DNA of 64,000 nucleotides, from positions 2,432,001 to 2,496,000 of the forward strand of contig OY761556.1 of the NCBI GenBank assembly GCA_963664705.1, written 5' to 3'. Source of the stretch: Acidobacteriota bacterium (lineage in GTDB: Bacteria; Acidobacteriota; UBA6911). Each line of letters starts with the position of its first letter. Position 1 is the stretch's first letter. A model generated the notes under the pieces. That model was not told where the DNA came from and made no database searches. It was given only the letters and a program-made list of their open reading frames with translations. The position numbers and the translations under genes are program-made. Shown here piece after piece: positions 19,144 to 28,743 of the stretch.

Positions 19144-19887
19144 CTATTTGGTAGCAGCAATCAGGCTGAACACCCCTGAATTGGGATTTTCAGGCACACT
19201 CAAACCTTGGATGATAACCTGTCGGAAGCCGACCTTGAAAAACAAATCAACAATTTCCTCTCGGTCATAATATACGGCGCGCGCTTCTGTGGGGTTCTTC
19301 TGAACAAACTGCAGGTGGGCCCTGCGCCACAAACGCGACCAGGAAAGTGAAGAGGACTTCGGCTCGAGCATTTCCGCAACAATCAAATATCCATCCGGAA
19401 CCAAAACCCTCAAGGCCTCCGTCAGATATTGCTCGGCGGGATGCCGGTGAAGGTCGAAAATGGAGACGGCAAGATCGCAATAGCTATCGGGAACGGGATA
19501 TCGCGGCTCCTGAAAGTGCCTGAAGTCCACAGTCTGCTGCATATTCAGATGCACGGCTCGTTGCTTCGCCCGTTCCAGCAAAGTGATGTTGTTGTCATAA
19601 GAAAATATGCGGCCCGGAAATGCCTTGCGGCCAGCCAGCCGAAGCGAAAAAACAGCCGTGTCGGTCAGAAGATCCAGAACTTTCACTCTCCGGGTATTGA
19701 CCACAAAATCCACGATCTGATCCATTGTCAGGTAGTAATCCAATCCCGTCCGCCACCGAAAGAAGCGCGCAACCCCTTCTTCATAGGTGTCGATTCTGGC
19801 GGGTAGATTGGCCAGGAATGGCCGAGGCTGGGCCGCCGAAAAATTGAATTTTTTCTGATGCTCCTGGGCAGAAGTTTCGGTTTTCAA
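19144..19887 (-). CDS. Class I SAM methyltransferase-like protein with degenerate motif I
   Basis: KVLDLLTDTA at the motif I position, LLERAK, EALRVLVPDGYLIV; TTG start. Confidence 0.6.
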   Translation of the reverse strand: MKTETSAQEHQKKFNFSAAQPRPFLANLPARIDTYEEGVARFFRWRTGLDYYLTMDQIVDFVVNTRRVKVLDLLTDTAVFSLRLAGRKAFPGRIFSYDNNITLLERAKQRAVHLNMQQTVDFRHFQEPRYPVPDSYCDLAVSIFDLHRHPAEQYLTEALRVLVPDGYLIVAEMLEPKSSSLSWSRLWRRAHLQFVQKNPTEARAVYYDREEIVDLFFKVGFRQVIIQGLSVPENPNSGVFSLIAATK

Positions 19888-19977
19888 TCGAGTCGCCCAA
19901 TCCTAGAAGTCGCCATTCCGGGCTGACACAAAACCATCGAGACTTTCAAATCAGACCTTGAATCGAGCCCGGAATCA

Positions 19978-21612
19978 TTATTTCAATCTATATAAGGAAA
20001 AATGCTCGGTTTTCACCGCAAGAGCATACCCAGCCGTCCAATTGGGGTCAACCTGCATGCGTTCCCAAATGGCATCGCCGTTTTCCGTGCACATCCATCC
20101 CACCACGCGCGCGGGATTTTGTAGCGCATCATGCCAAAGCGATTCGCCGCCTTCGTTATAAACAAACTCCTTCACGTTAATGCCTAGATCATAGACCAGT
20201 GGAGCCTGTTTTCCCATGTCGATAAGAATTCGCTTCCCATCGTAATTCTGTCGGATATATCGCATGACTTCCTGCCGCTCCGGCTCAATAAACCCATGCT
20301 CCATTGTCTCGACAAGCATTGGATGGTACTCGCGCTCCAACGGTGGAATCTGCATCCCCAGAACACACAGCAAAAGCAATGCCCAGACATATTGCCGGCT
20401 TACCCTCGCCACCATAAACAGAATCAATGCCGCTATTGGCACAATCGATGCGCCGGGTCCGGCGACCAGCCGTCCGTCCGGATCTGTTTGCGCATAATAC
20501 CAGGAGAGCCACGGCAAACCCGATACCACAAACGTCAAAAGGAGCAAAGCCCGTTTCTTCGCGGCTTCCGAGGTAAAAACCATACTGGCAAACACCACAA
20601 CCGCCGGCAGCAGAAGAACTGAATATCGAAGACGGTATACCAACCCCCAGTACAAAGCGGAGATGTTTATAAGCGATGGAAGCCAGAGCAGGAATAAGGG
20701 CAGCCGGAATGCCAGCAGTTTCCGCTGGCACACAATCAGCATCATGCCAGCAGCAGCCACCAGAAGTGGCAGCAGTGCAGACATCTGGGAAAGCTCTCCC
20801 AGATGATAAACAGCCGACATGATCGGATGCTTATAAGTGAGGTACGGACTGGGATGGCCACCCGCAACCCGGCCGAAAAAGCTGTCTCCCAGGCGCAGGT
20901 ATATATATCCGAAGTGGGCAAGAGCCGGAATGCCAAAAACCGTCGCAAACACAAAAGCTGCCTGAATTACCTTTTGCCTCGGCATATACCTGCGGCAGTA
21001 ATCATGAAACAGAAGCAGCAGGACGCCAACGATTACGTACCATCCTTCGTACCGGCAAAGCCCTCCCAGGGAAAACCATAGGGCCGCCATCCATGGTTGT
21101 CTGGAATGATCGGATTCCCGCCAGGCAAGCAGGCTGTCCATTGCCAATAACAGGAGCATCATGTACAGAGGCTCTGTCAGCGGGCAACTCTGCAGGTATT
21201 GGAGATTTGGATTTGCCAGAAGAATGGCTGCGGCAAAAATCCCGGCCGAAATCGAACCGGTAAAACGATAGGAGATCCGGTATGTCATCCACCCGGATAC
21301 CGCAAAGGCAACAACGGAAATCAAACTGGGTAACAGCCCGGAGTGATATTGCGAATCAAACAAGACCAGCGGCAGGTAAACAAGATGGAGCAGCGGCAGC
21401 CAATTCACACCCATCTGACCATAGCCGGGCTCCAGCGAATCAAACATCCGCCGCGCCACAAGCAGATGCGCCTTGGCGTCGTAATGGGCAACGGTCAAGC
21501 CTTGCCTGTAATAGTAAACAAAAAAGGCAATCCCTGTAATCAGACCCGCCAGGAAAACCAGATAAGGTACTCTTTTTGCCAACAAGCTTCGGTTTTGAAT
21601 TGTAAGGCTCAT
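19978..21612 (-). CDS. GT-C fold membrane glycosyltransferase (ArnT/PMT-like)
   Basis: Multi-TM, HYDAKAHL, WLPL, LTEPLY, RYEGW; ATG overlaps the asnS stop (TGATG). Confidence 0.7.
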   Translation of the reverse strand: MSLTIQNRSLLAKRVPYLVFLAGLITGIAFFVYYYRQGLTVAHYDAKAHLLVARRMFDSLEPGYGQMGVNWLPLLHLVYLPLVLFDSQYHSGLLPSLISVVAFAVSGWMTYRISYRFTGSISAGIFAAAILLANPNLQYLQSCPLTEPLYMMLLLLAMDSLLAWRESDHSRQPWMAALWFSLGGLCRYEGWYVIVGVLLLLFHDYCRRYMPRQKVIQAAFVFATVFGIPALAHFGYIYLRLGDSFFGRVAGGHPSPYLTYKHPIMSAVYHLGELSQMSALLPLLVAAAGMMLIVCQRKLLAFRLPLFLLWLPSLINISALYWGLVYRLRYSVLLLPAVVVFASMVFTSEAAKKRALLLLTFVVSGLPWLSWYYAQTDPDGRLVAGPGASIVPIAALILFMVARVSRQYVWALLLLCVLGMQIPPLEREYHPMLVETMEHGFIEPERQEVMRYIRQNYDGKRILIDMGKQAPLVYDLGINVKEFVYNEGGESLWHDALQNPARVVGWMCTENGDAIWERMQVDPNWTAGYALAVKTEHFSLYRLK

Positions 21613-22904
21613 CAGGGGTAAATCCTGTAAAGCATGCGAGGAAAAGCAATGGCCTCGCGCAGATGGCTCAGGTTGCATATCCAGGCCACCATTCTTTCAA
21701 TCCCCATTCCAAAACCCGCATGAGGCACACTTCCGTATTGGCGCAGATCCAAATACCACTGGAAGGGTTCAACCGAAAGATTATGTTCCTTGATTCGCTT
21801 CATCAATAGGTCGTAGTCGTGAATGCGCTGCCCACCGCCAATGATCTCGCCATACCCTTCAGGAGCAAGGACGTCCACGCACAAAGCAACTTCCGGACGC
21901 TCTGGATCCGGCTGCATATAAAAAGCCTTCACATCCGATGGGTATCGATGGACCATCACCGGAGACGTATACTGCTCTGACAGGATCGTTTCATCTCCGC
22001 CACCAAAATCCCCGCCCCATTGTATTTCCGATCCGGCCGCCTGCATCTTCTTTACGGCCTCATCATAGCTGAGGCGCGGGAAGGGCTTGGTTATTCGTTC
22101 CAGGTTGGCGACATTTCGTTCCAGTATTTCCAGTTGAGGCCTGCGTCTCGTCAGTACACGCTCAAGGATGAAACAGATCATCCCTTCCGCCAGTTGCATC
22201 GTATCCTCGAGATTTGCATAAGCCACTTCCGGCTCAACCATCCAGAATTCCATCAGGTGCCTTCGCGTTTTGGACTTCTCAGCACGAAATGTCGGGCCAA
22301 AACAGTATGTTTTTCCGAAGGCGGCCGCGGTCGCTTCGTTATAAAGCTGCCCACTCTGGGTCAAATAGGCCATCTGATCGAAATACTGGGTTTCGAATAG
22401 TGTCGTGGTGCCTTCACAGGCATTTGGGGTGAATATCGGTGTGTCCACCAGCGTAAATCCGAGATCGTCAAAATAGTCTCTGCAGGCTTTGATGACCTCA
22501 TGCCGGATCTTGATGATGGCATGCTGCCGGGAACTCCGAAGCCACAGGTGGCGGTTTTCCATAAGGAAGGCCGTCCCGTGCTCCTTGGGAGTAATCGGAT
22601 AATTCTCTGTCTGCTGGACAACCGTGAAACCGGTCACATCGACTTCATATCCGCCGGGAGAACGCACATCCTTCCGAACCTTGCCCTGGATCTCGATACT
22701 GGATTCCTGCGTGAGCTTATCGAGCGCATCGAACTGCTCTGGAGAAAAATTTCCTTTGAAGGCAACGCACTGGATTGTACCTGTACCGTCACGCAGGAGA
22801 ATGAACTGCAGTTTCCCGCTACTGCGCTTGTTATAGACCCAGCCACGCAGCGTGACTTCGTTCCCTTCGTGGTCACCAATGTTTTCGATATATGCTACCG
22901 GCAT
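21612..22904 (-). CDS. asnS: Asparagine--tRNA ligase
   Basis: [10 protein letters not shown]-fold, [49 protein letters not shown]. Confidence 0.95.
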   Translation of the reverse strand: MPVAYIENIGDHEGNEVTLRGWVYNKRSSGKLQFILLRDGTGTIQCVAFKGNFSPEQFDALDKLTQESSIEIQGKVRKDVRSPGGYEVDVTGFTVVQQTENYPITPKEHGTAFLMENRHLWLRSSRQHAIIKIRHEVIKACRDYFDDLGFTLVDTPIFTPNACEGTTTLFETQYFDQMAYLTQSGQLYNEATAAAFGKTYCFGPTFRAEKSKTRRHLMEFWMVEPEVAYANLEDTMQLAEGMICFILERVLTRRRPQLEILERNVANLERITKPFPRLSYDEAVKKMQAAGSEIQWGGDFGGGDETILSEQYTSPVMVHRYPSDVKAFYMQPDPERPEVALCVDVLAPEGYGEIIGGGQRIHDYDLLMKRIKEHNLSVEPFQWYLDLRQYGSVPHAGFGMGIERMVAWICNLSHLREAIAFPRMLYRIYP

Positions 22905-22949
22905 AACGATCCTTTGAAGATTCGAGATTCGCTTCTGCAAATCTCGGGA

Positions 22950-23507
22950 TTAAGTCTCGTGTTCAAACACCATGAAGCCGGGAGTCACTCCCCGCTCACT
23001 GCAATACTCGAGATAAAGTGAATAATAGCTGGAACGAAGAAACTGCGTTCGCGCTATCCCCAACTTTTCGGCAACATGCAAAATTCCCTGCTCCAGGCCT
23101 TCCAGCTCCACATAATTCCCGATCGGGGTCTCGTCAACCGCAACATGCACCCCGCCAACCAGAAATTCCCTGCGGTATTTTTGATACCGGAAGGCAACGA
23201 CCAGTCCAATCCTCTCCAACGCCTGCAGGAGAATTGTCCCATCGCCGACGGGAGTTTCCAACTCCTCTCGAGTCTTGAATATCCCGTTGGGTTGAGGGGG
23301 GCCTTTATAGGTAAATGAATGCTTCCCGTCTTCGAGCCGCACCCGGATCAGCGAACGACTCGATGCCAGCCTGCGATCGGAAAAATCGAGCAGATTGTTG
23401 TCTTCCAGGTGCCTTGCGGACAGAATCTCCGGATTCAATACACTCAGGCTGCGGCAGAAATCCTCCGCTTCTCGGATCCTGATTTTAACTTCGGTTTCTA
23501 TGCCCAA
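22950..23507 (-). CDS. CYTH domain protein (class IV adenylate cyclase-like triphosphatase)
   Basis: ExExK motif (IETEVK), FTYKGP, REELET, DETPIGNYVELEG; probable TTG start at 23507. Confidence 0.85.
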   Translation of the reverse strand: MGIETEVKIRIREAEDFCRSLSVLNPEILSARHLEDNNLLDFSDRRLASSRSLIRVRLEDGKHSFTYKGPPQPNGIFKTREELETPVGDGTILLQALERIGLVVAFRYQKYRREFLVGGVHVAVDETPIGNYVELEGLEQGILHVAEKLGIARTQFLRSSYYSLYLEYCSERGVTPGFMVFEHET

Positions 23508-23517
23508 TTGAATCCGC

Positions 23518-24516
23518 TCACATCCTGCAGCGGCGCAGAACAACTCCACATTCGGCCAATAGTGACAGCGCCCTGTCGTTCAATGGATATTCTTGATTGT
23601 AAACTACTTCGACGATGCCGCTGTTGATGATCATCTTCGTGCAGAGGAGACACGGCGCAAAGGTTGTATAGAGGGTCGATCCCTTCAAGCTCGTTCCATG
23701 ATAAGCCGCCTGCGTGATGGCATTTTCCTCTCCGTGACAGCACAGGCATTCGTCCAGAGCCGTCCCGCTCTGCGCCATGCTGTTGCAGCGCGGGCAGCCG
23801 CCTTCATTACAGTTCTTTGCACCACGTGGCGTCCCGTTATACCCGGTCGAAACAACTCTCCGGTCCTTCACAATGATGGCGGCAACCTTTCGTTTCATGC
23901 AGTTGCTTCGCATTGCCACAACCTTGGCAATGTTCATGAAATACTCATCCCAGCTCGGACGCATAAAGCGGCTCATCAGTGGAGGCAGCATTTCATCCAG
24001 CCGTCGATGTAAGTCTTCCAAAGTCCCATTGTTGTCGACGACAATGTCCGCCTTTTCCCTCGTTGCCAGGAGTTGCTGGTTTGCCGGGTTTTTCGACTCC
24101 AGCTCACGGTTTTCCTCAGCTGTAAACTGCTCAAAGCTCTGGGCAGCACTCTCCCGTCCCCTGACCCGGCTGCGCTCAAACCGGATTTGCGGGTCCGCCT
24201 CGATAGCCATCAGGACAAAATCCTGACGCCTCCGGAGGACATCCACCTCCATGGGGTTTCGGATAGAGTCCACCACATAGTTATGCTCTCTTTCAAGGCT
24301 TCCAAGAATCCTCTCCGCCAGAATGCCCGGGCCGAAAGTCTCACGCAAATCATTGCCCACAACAATCAGGACATCCCGCGTTATTTCCTTTCCACGCCGT
24401 CGTATCTCCTCCCGAATTGCATCGGAAAGCGAGTGATACTCAAATCCACGGCTTTTCAGATAATCCGAAACCGCTGTTTTGCCCGATCCATTTTTTCCTG
24501 TCAGTCCAATGATCAT
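23518..24516 (-). CDS. P-loop nucleotide kinase-like domain fused to dCMP deaminase
   Basis: GLTGKNGSGKT, DSIRNPME; RPSWDEYFM, TGYNGTP, HGEENA, PCLLC. Confidence 0.9.
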   Translation of the reverse strand: MIIGLTGKNGSGKTAVSDYLKSRGFEYHSLSDAIREEIRRRGKEITRDVLIVVGNDLRETFGPGILAERILGSLEREHNYVVDSIRNPMEVDVLRRRQDFVLMAIEADPQIRFERSRVRGRESAAQSFEQFTAEENRELESKNPANQQLLATREKADIVVDNNGTLEDLHRRLDEMLPPLMSRFMRPSWDEYFMNIAKVVAMRSNCMKRKVAAIIVKDRRVVSTGYNGTPRGAKNCNEGGCPRCNSMAQSGTALDECLCCHGEENAITQAAYHGTSLKGSTLYTTFAPCLLCTKMIINSGIVEVVYNQEYPLNDRALSLLAECGVVLRRCRM

Positions 24517-24596
24517 AAGCCCAGTATGTTAACACATTTAGAGGTTTGCCGTTCCCGTTTTCCCTTCACCTTCGCATGACAAAGGGTGTCACCATC

Positions 24597-25766
24597 TCAA
24601 TAAAGCAAATAGGGCTTCCGTCGGCTTCGAAACTGCTCCAGCTCCGTCTGCCAGCTTTGCCTTACCTGATTCATCGGAATTCCCCTCATGATCATCTCCG
24701 GGATCTCTGTTCCACCGCACAATATCTCGATGGGCAGCTTCTCGAGCTCGTACTCATAGGGCGGCTTGCGCCACTCAAATGACTCCGGATACAAAGCCTT
24801 CGCCACGGATAAAATTGCAATGCCGGTGAGATACGGCTCATAGGCGTTGCGATCGAGAACATGAATTTGCACCCCTCCACACATCTGGCCAGCCCACTTC
24901 TGAAATGTCGGCTGAAAATGGGCCGGCCTGAATTGAACACCGGGCAAATGCAGAGAATTCAGTGCTTCTGCATATTGTCGACTGCGGATAAAGGGCGCTC
25001 CGATCAGTTCAAAGGGGCGCGTTGTTCCCCGCCCTTCCGACAGACAGCTTCCCTCAAGGAGCACCATTCCAGGATACACAACTGTAGAATCCATGGTGGG
25101 AAGGTTTGGCGAAGGGAGCACCCACGGTAAGCCTGTTTGATCAAAGTAATAGTCTCTGTTCCAGCCCACCATTGGAACAACTTCCAGATCGCAGCATATC
25201 CCGAATTCGGAATTAAAAAACAAAGCAAGTTCGCCCACGGTCATTCCGTGGCGCATCGGTATCGGATAAAGCCCAACAAAGGAGCGATAAGCCGGATCCA
25301 ACAGGTTCCCCTCCACGGCATTGCCATTGATCGGATTGGGCCGATCCAAAACAAGCATCTTCTTTCCATACCTGGCACACGCTTCCATGCAATAGGCCAT
25401 CGTATAGATGAATGTGTAGACTCTGGTTCCCGCATCCTGCAGGTCAAAAAGAAGAACCTCTACATCGGACAACATCTCTTCCGTAGGACGACGTGTTTCT
25501 CCATACAGACTGTGCACCGGCAGGTTGGTGTCCGGATCCCGATAAAACTGCGACTCCACCATGTTGTCCTGCTTTTCGCCGCGAGCCCCATGCTGCGGGC
25601 CAAACAGAGAAACAAGTTCACAACCGTCCATACGATGGAGCACATCGGCTGCATGCCGCAGATCGGGCAGAATCGAAGCAGGATGAACGACAATGCCGGC
25701 ACGCAATCCGCGCACAAGATCCGTTCTTCTGGTTACCAGCACTTCAATTCCCGGTATCACGCGCAT
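24597..25766 (-). CDS. namZ: Exo-beta-N-acetylmuramidase NamZ (DUF1343)
   Basis: LFGPQHG, HSLYG, FDLQDAGTRVYTFIYT, LDRPNP, PSPNLPT, SEGRGTTRPFE. Confidence 0.88.
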   Translation of the reverse strand: MRVIPGIEVLVTRRTDLVRGLRAGIVVHPASILPDLRHAADVLHRMDGCELVSLFGPQHGARGEKQDNMVESQFYRDPDTNLPVHSLYGETRRPTEEMLSDVEVLLFDLQDAGTRVYTFIYTMAYCMEACARYGKKMLVLDRPNPINGNAVEGNLLDPAYRSFVGLYPIPMRHGMTVGELALFFNSEFGICCDLEVVPMVGWNRDYYFDQTGLPWVLPSPNLPTMDSTVVYPGMVLLEGSCLSEGRGTTRPFELIGAPFIRSRQYAEALNSLHLPGVQFRPAHFQPTFQKWAGQMCGGVQIHVLDRNAYEPYLTGIAILSVAKALYPESFEWRKPPYEYELEKLPIEILCGGTEIPEMIMRGIPMNQVRQSWQTELEQFRSRRKPYLLY

Positions 25767-26003
25767 CGATTTCCTCTGATAAAATGAATAGGATGAAAAA
25801 AACTCAAAGAAAGGCAGGCAAAGCCCAGGAGATTATGGCTGTACCGCCTATCCGGTGAATCCCGGAAAAGCGCTTGACTTAAAAAAATGGTTATATTTGA
25901 ATTACCTCAGCTTGCGCCAAGGCTTGATTTCGCTACCATTCCCAAATTGATTCGTTGCCCCGCTGAACCAGTAAGCCTGGCCTAAACACTGCGAGTACTG
26001 GCA

Positions 26004-26543
26004 ATGGAACATACGCTGGTTTTAAATGCGACCTATGAACCGATCAACATTGTCACCTGGAAAAGGGCGCTCAGCCTGCTATGCCAGGGCAAAGTTGAAG
26101 TTCTAGCCGAATATGACCGCGAAGTCCGAAGCATCAGCTTTACCATCAGGATGCCCAGTGTCCTCCGTCTGCTCAAATATGTAAAGGTCAGAAAACAATT
26201 CCAGCACGTAAAATTCTGTAGAGCCAATATCTACGCCAGGGATCATCATACCTGCCAGTACTGTGGCAAAAAATGCTCAACTGAAAACCTCACCTTCGAC
26301 CATGTTACCCCGATCGTCAAAGGAGGGGCAAAGACCTGGGACAATATCGTAACCTGCTGCTTTGAGTGCAATCACAAAAAAGGAGGGCGCACTCCCGAAG
26401 AAGCCGGAATGCGGCTGGTCCGCCGGCCAAAGGAACCGGAATGGGTCCCCTCGATGCTACATATAACTATCGGCTTCAAAACAGCCCCGCAGGCCTGGCG
26501 AGACTACTTCTATTGGAATGTGGAGCTGGAAAAGGAGGAATAA
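26004..26543 (+). CDS. HNH endonuclease (McrA-like, LVLNA family)
   Basis: LVLNATYEP, RDHHTCQYCG, TFDHVTP, WDNIVTCCFECNHKKG. Confidence 0.9.
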   Translation: MEHTLVLNATYEPINIVTWKRALSLLCQGKVEVLAEYDREVRSISFTIRMPSVLRLLKYVKVRKQFQHVKFCRANIYARDHHTCQYCGKKCSTENLTFDHVTPIVKGGAKTWDNIVTCCFECNHKKGGRTPEEAGMRLVRRPKEPEWVPSMLHITIGFKTAPQAWRDYFYWNVELEKEE

Positions 26544-26567
26544 AAGATAGAAGCCAGGAGACAGGGA

Positions 26568-27362
26568 TCAGGAGGCGAAGCGCAGACTTCGCACCTCCGG
26601 AATCAGTGCCTGCTCTTTCGCCAGCTCATAAAAGCGATTTAATCCATTAATATGGCCATCTTCCATGTCGTAGTTAATGTTCTGATGCAGATATTCCTCC
26701 AAAAATTCCTTCGGTAAACCCAAAGAGCGCGAAAACACGGAAGCAATTTCATCCCTGCGCTGCAGGCCCCATTCCTTGGCCTCCTGGAAAATGGAGACCA
26801 GGTTTTCCGGCAGGCGGGCTTTCGTTCGACACGCCCACACGGCACACACGAACGGCCTCTGCTGCCACTCCACCCATGTCTCGGTAAGATCTATGGTCTC
26901 ATAATCTTCCGGATGTACCTTCAAGGCGGTGTCCCCGATGAGGAGAGCAGCGTCACAGACTTTGAGCATAGCCACCGGATCCGGAGGATGAGGCACAAAC
27001 ACGGGGCGCAATCCCATTTTGGCCTGTACCAGAATCTTCGTCAGCGCCACCGATGTCCGCGATGTGGTATCCAAGGCCACCGAACGGATCAGGCGAGTAC
27101 CTTTATGCCTGATCAGCAGAAGGCTGCGGACAGCAGCCAGCGATGAAATGGAAATACCCGGAATTATCTGAAGATCGGGAATGGTCTGATATTCGATGCT
27201 CGGGATAAGACCTATATCCACTTCTCCTTTGGAGAGTTGGTCTGCGCACACGGCAGGAAAGGAAGGAATGACTTCGAACTGATCTCGAAAGGGCCCATGT
27301 AGAAAGGCCCAACCCAGCGGCGCTGAATTCAGGTATTGCACAAGGGAAACTTTGATTTTCAT
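26568..27362 (-). CDS. mqnA: Chorismate dehydratase (futalosine menaquinone pathway)
   Basis: VQYLNSAPL, LIPSIEY, AVRSLL, SRTSVAL, AALLIGDTAL, PFVCAVW. Confidence 0.9.
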   Translation of the reverse strand: MKIKVSLVQYLNSAPLGWAFLHGPFRDQFEVIPSFPAVCADQLSKGEVDIGLIPSIEYQTIPDLQIIPGISISSLAAVRSLLLIRHKGTRLIRSVALDTTSRTSVALTKILVQAKMGLRPVFVPHPPDPVAMLKVCDAALLIGDTALKVHPEDYETIDLTETWVEWQQRPFVCAVWACRTKARLPENLVSIFQEAKEWGLQRRDEIASVFSRSLGLPKEFLEEYLHQNINYDMEDGHINGLNRFYELAKEQALIPEVRSLRFAS

Positions 27363-27538
27363 AATTCCGATCTTACAATAATCAAACAGATACAAATTCC
27401 GCGAAATAAACCGCGTCTCACCCAAACAGTTATCCCGGCGATTATATCTGAATTGCGCTCCATGTTGCAGATTTCAGGTTGTGGACCGAAACCTGCAACA
27501 TGAGCTTTGCATGGGAACCGCACAGCCAACAAACGCCT

Positions 27539-28681
27539 ATGACACTTGCAACCGATGAAATAATCAAAATGGCCATTGAGCTTACCCTGATACCTGGGCT
27601 TGGGACCATTACCCAGAACCGAATCTGGAACACGCTTGCCGACATCTCCTCCCTTTTCCAAATGAAGGATAAATCGCTCGAATCTTTTGGTCTTCCCAGC
27701 GAAACCTGCACCATCTTGCGATCGCGCGCCTACAGGGCGATCGCGTCCGAGCTTTTTGACTGGGGCACGCGCGAGGGATGTCTGTTCCTCGTGCGTGGCA
27801 TGCCGGAATACCCTGCGCCGCTGGAGGAGATTTACGATCCGCCGCTGGTCCTCTATGCACGCGGTCACATGGATATCCTGGTCAAACCCTGCATTGCTAT
27901 CGTAGGAACGCGAAAGCCGACAGTCTATGGCTTGCAGATGGCTCAGGGATTGGCCTCTGATTTGGGCAGCCGCGGAATCACGATCATCAGCGGACTTGCC
28001 CGCGGGATCGATTCCGCCGCACACCGCGGATGCCTTCAGGGAGGAGCGGGGACGGTGGCCGTTCTTGGATCCGGAATCGATGTCATCTATCCTCGTGAAA
28101 ATCGACAGCTTTCCGAACAGATTCTTGGAAGTGGCCTGATTATTTCCGAATTTCCTCCCGGCACATCGCCGACTCCGCAAAACTTTCCGGTCCGAAATCG
28201 CATCATTAGTGGGTTGGCGCTGGGAGCCATCATTATTGAAGCCAGTGAATACAGTGGATCTTTGATTACGGCAAGATTGTCGATGGAACAGAATCGAGAG
28301 GTCTTTGCAATTCCCGGAAACCTGACTACGCCACAAAGTTTTGGGCCGAACTTCCTGATCAAGCAAGGTGCAAAACTGGTGCAGTCGTGGAGAGATGTTG
28401 TCGAGGAATTGCCGCCCGAGCTCCGGCAGGATATTTTGGTTCGAGAAGACGCGAAACCTCCAGGAAAGCTGGAATTGGAGCTCTTGTCGCCGGAGGAAAT
28501 TTCCGTTCTGGATCACCTGAAGATGGACGAAGCAACACAATTTGATAAGATTTTCCGCAGCAGTGGTGCCGATATTTCTAAGTTGAGCGGCCTGCTGCTA
28601 AATCTGGAAATGGGCGGCTGGATACGCCAGCTGCCGGGCAACATGTATGTGAAGCTCAGAAAGAGACAAACCGAATCATAA
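27539..28681 (+). CDS. dprA: DNA-processing protein DprA
   Basis: IAIVGTR, ISGLARGIDSAAH, FPVRNRIISG, SGSLITA; dprA-topA synteny. Start position uncertain. Confidence 0.93.
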   Translation: MTLATDEIIKMAIELTLIPGLGTITQNRIWNTLADISSLFQMKDKSLESFGLPSETCTILRSRAYRAIASELFDWGTREGCLFLVRGMPEYPAPLEEIYDPPLVLYARGHMDILVKPCIAIVGTRKPTVYGLQMAQGLASDLGSRGITIISGLARGIDSAAHRGCLQGGAGTVAVLGSGIDVIYPRENRQLSEQILGSGLIISEFPPGTSPTPQNFPVRNRIISGLALGAIIIEASEYSGSLITARLSMEQNREVFAIPGNLTTPQSFGPNFLIKQGAKLVQSWRDVVEELPPELRQDILVREDAKPPGKLELELLSPEEISVLDHLKMDEATQFDKIFRSSGADISKLSGLLLNLEMGGWIRQLPGNMYVKLRKRQTES

Positions 28682-28743
28682 ATATGGGCGCTCTGATATT
28701 TTTTCTGGAATTTCTTTCTGGCTTGGTATAGTTTGCGCGCGCT

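Noticed and set aside
26004-26543. HNH endonuclease as a mobile or defence element
   Set aside because: Belongs to a widespread stand-alone chromosomal HNH family; no intron, methylase or flanking repeats.
27359-28540. 393-aa minus-strand ORF
   Set aside because: Antisense to the well-supported dprA; no motifs.
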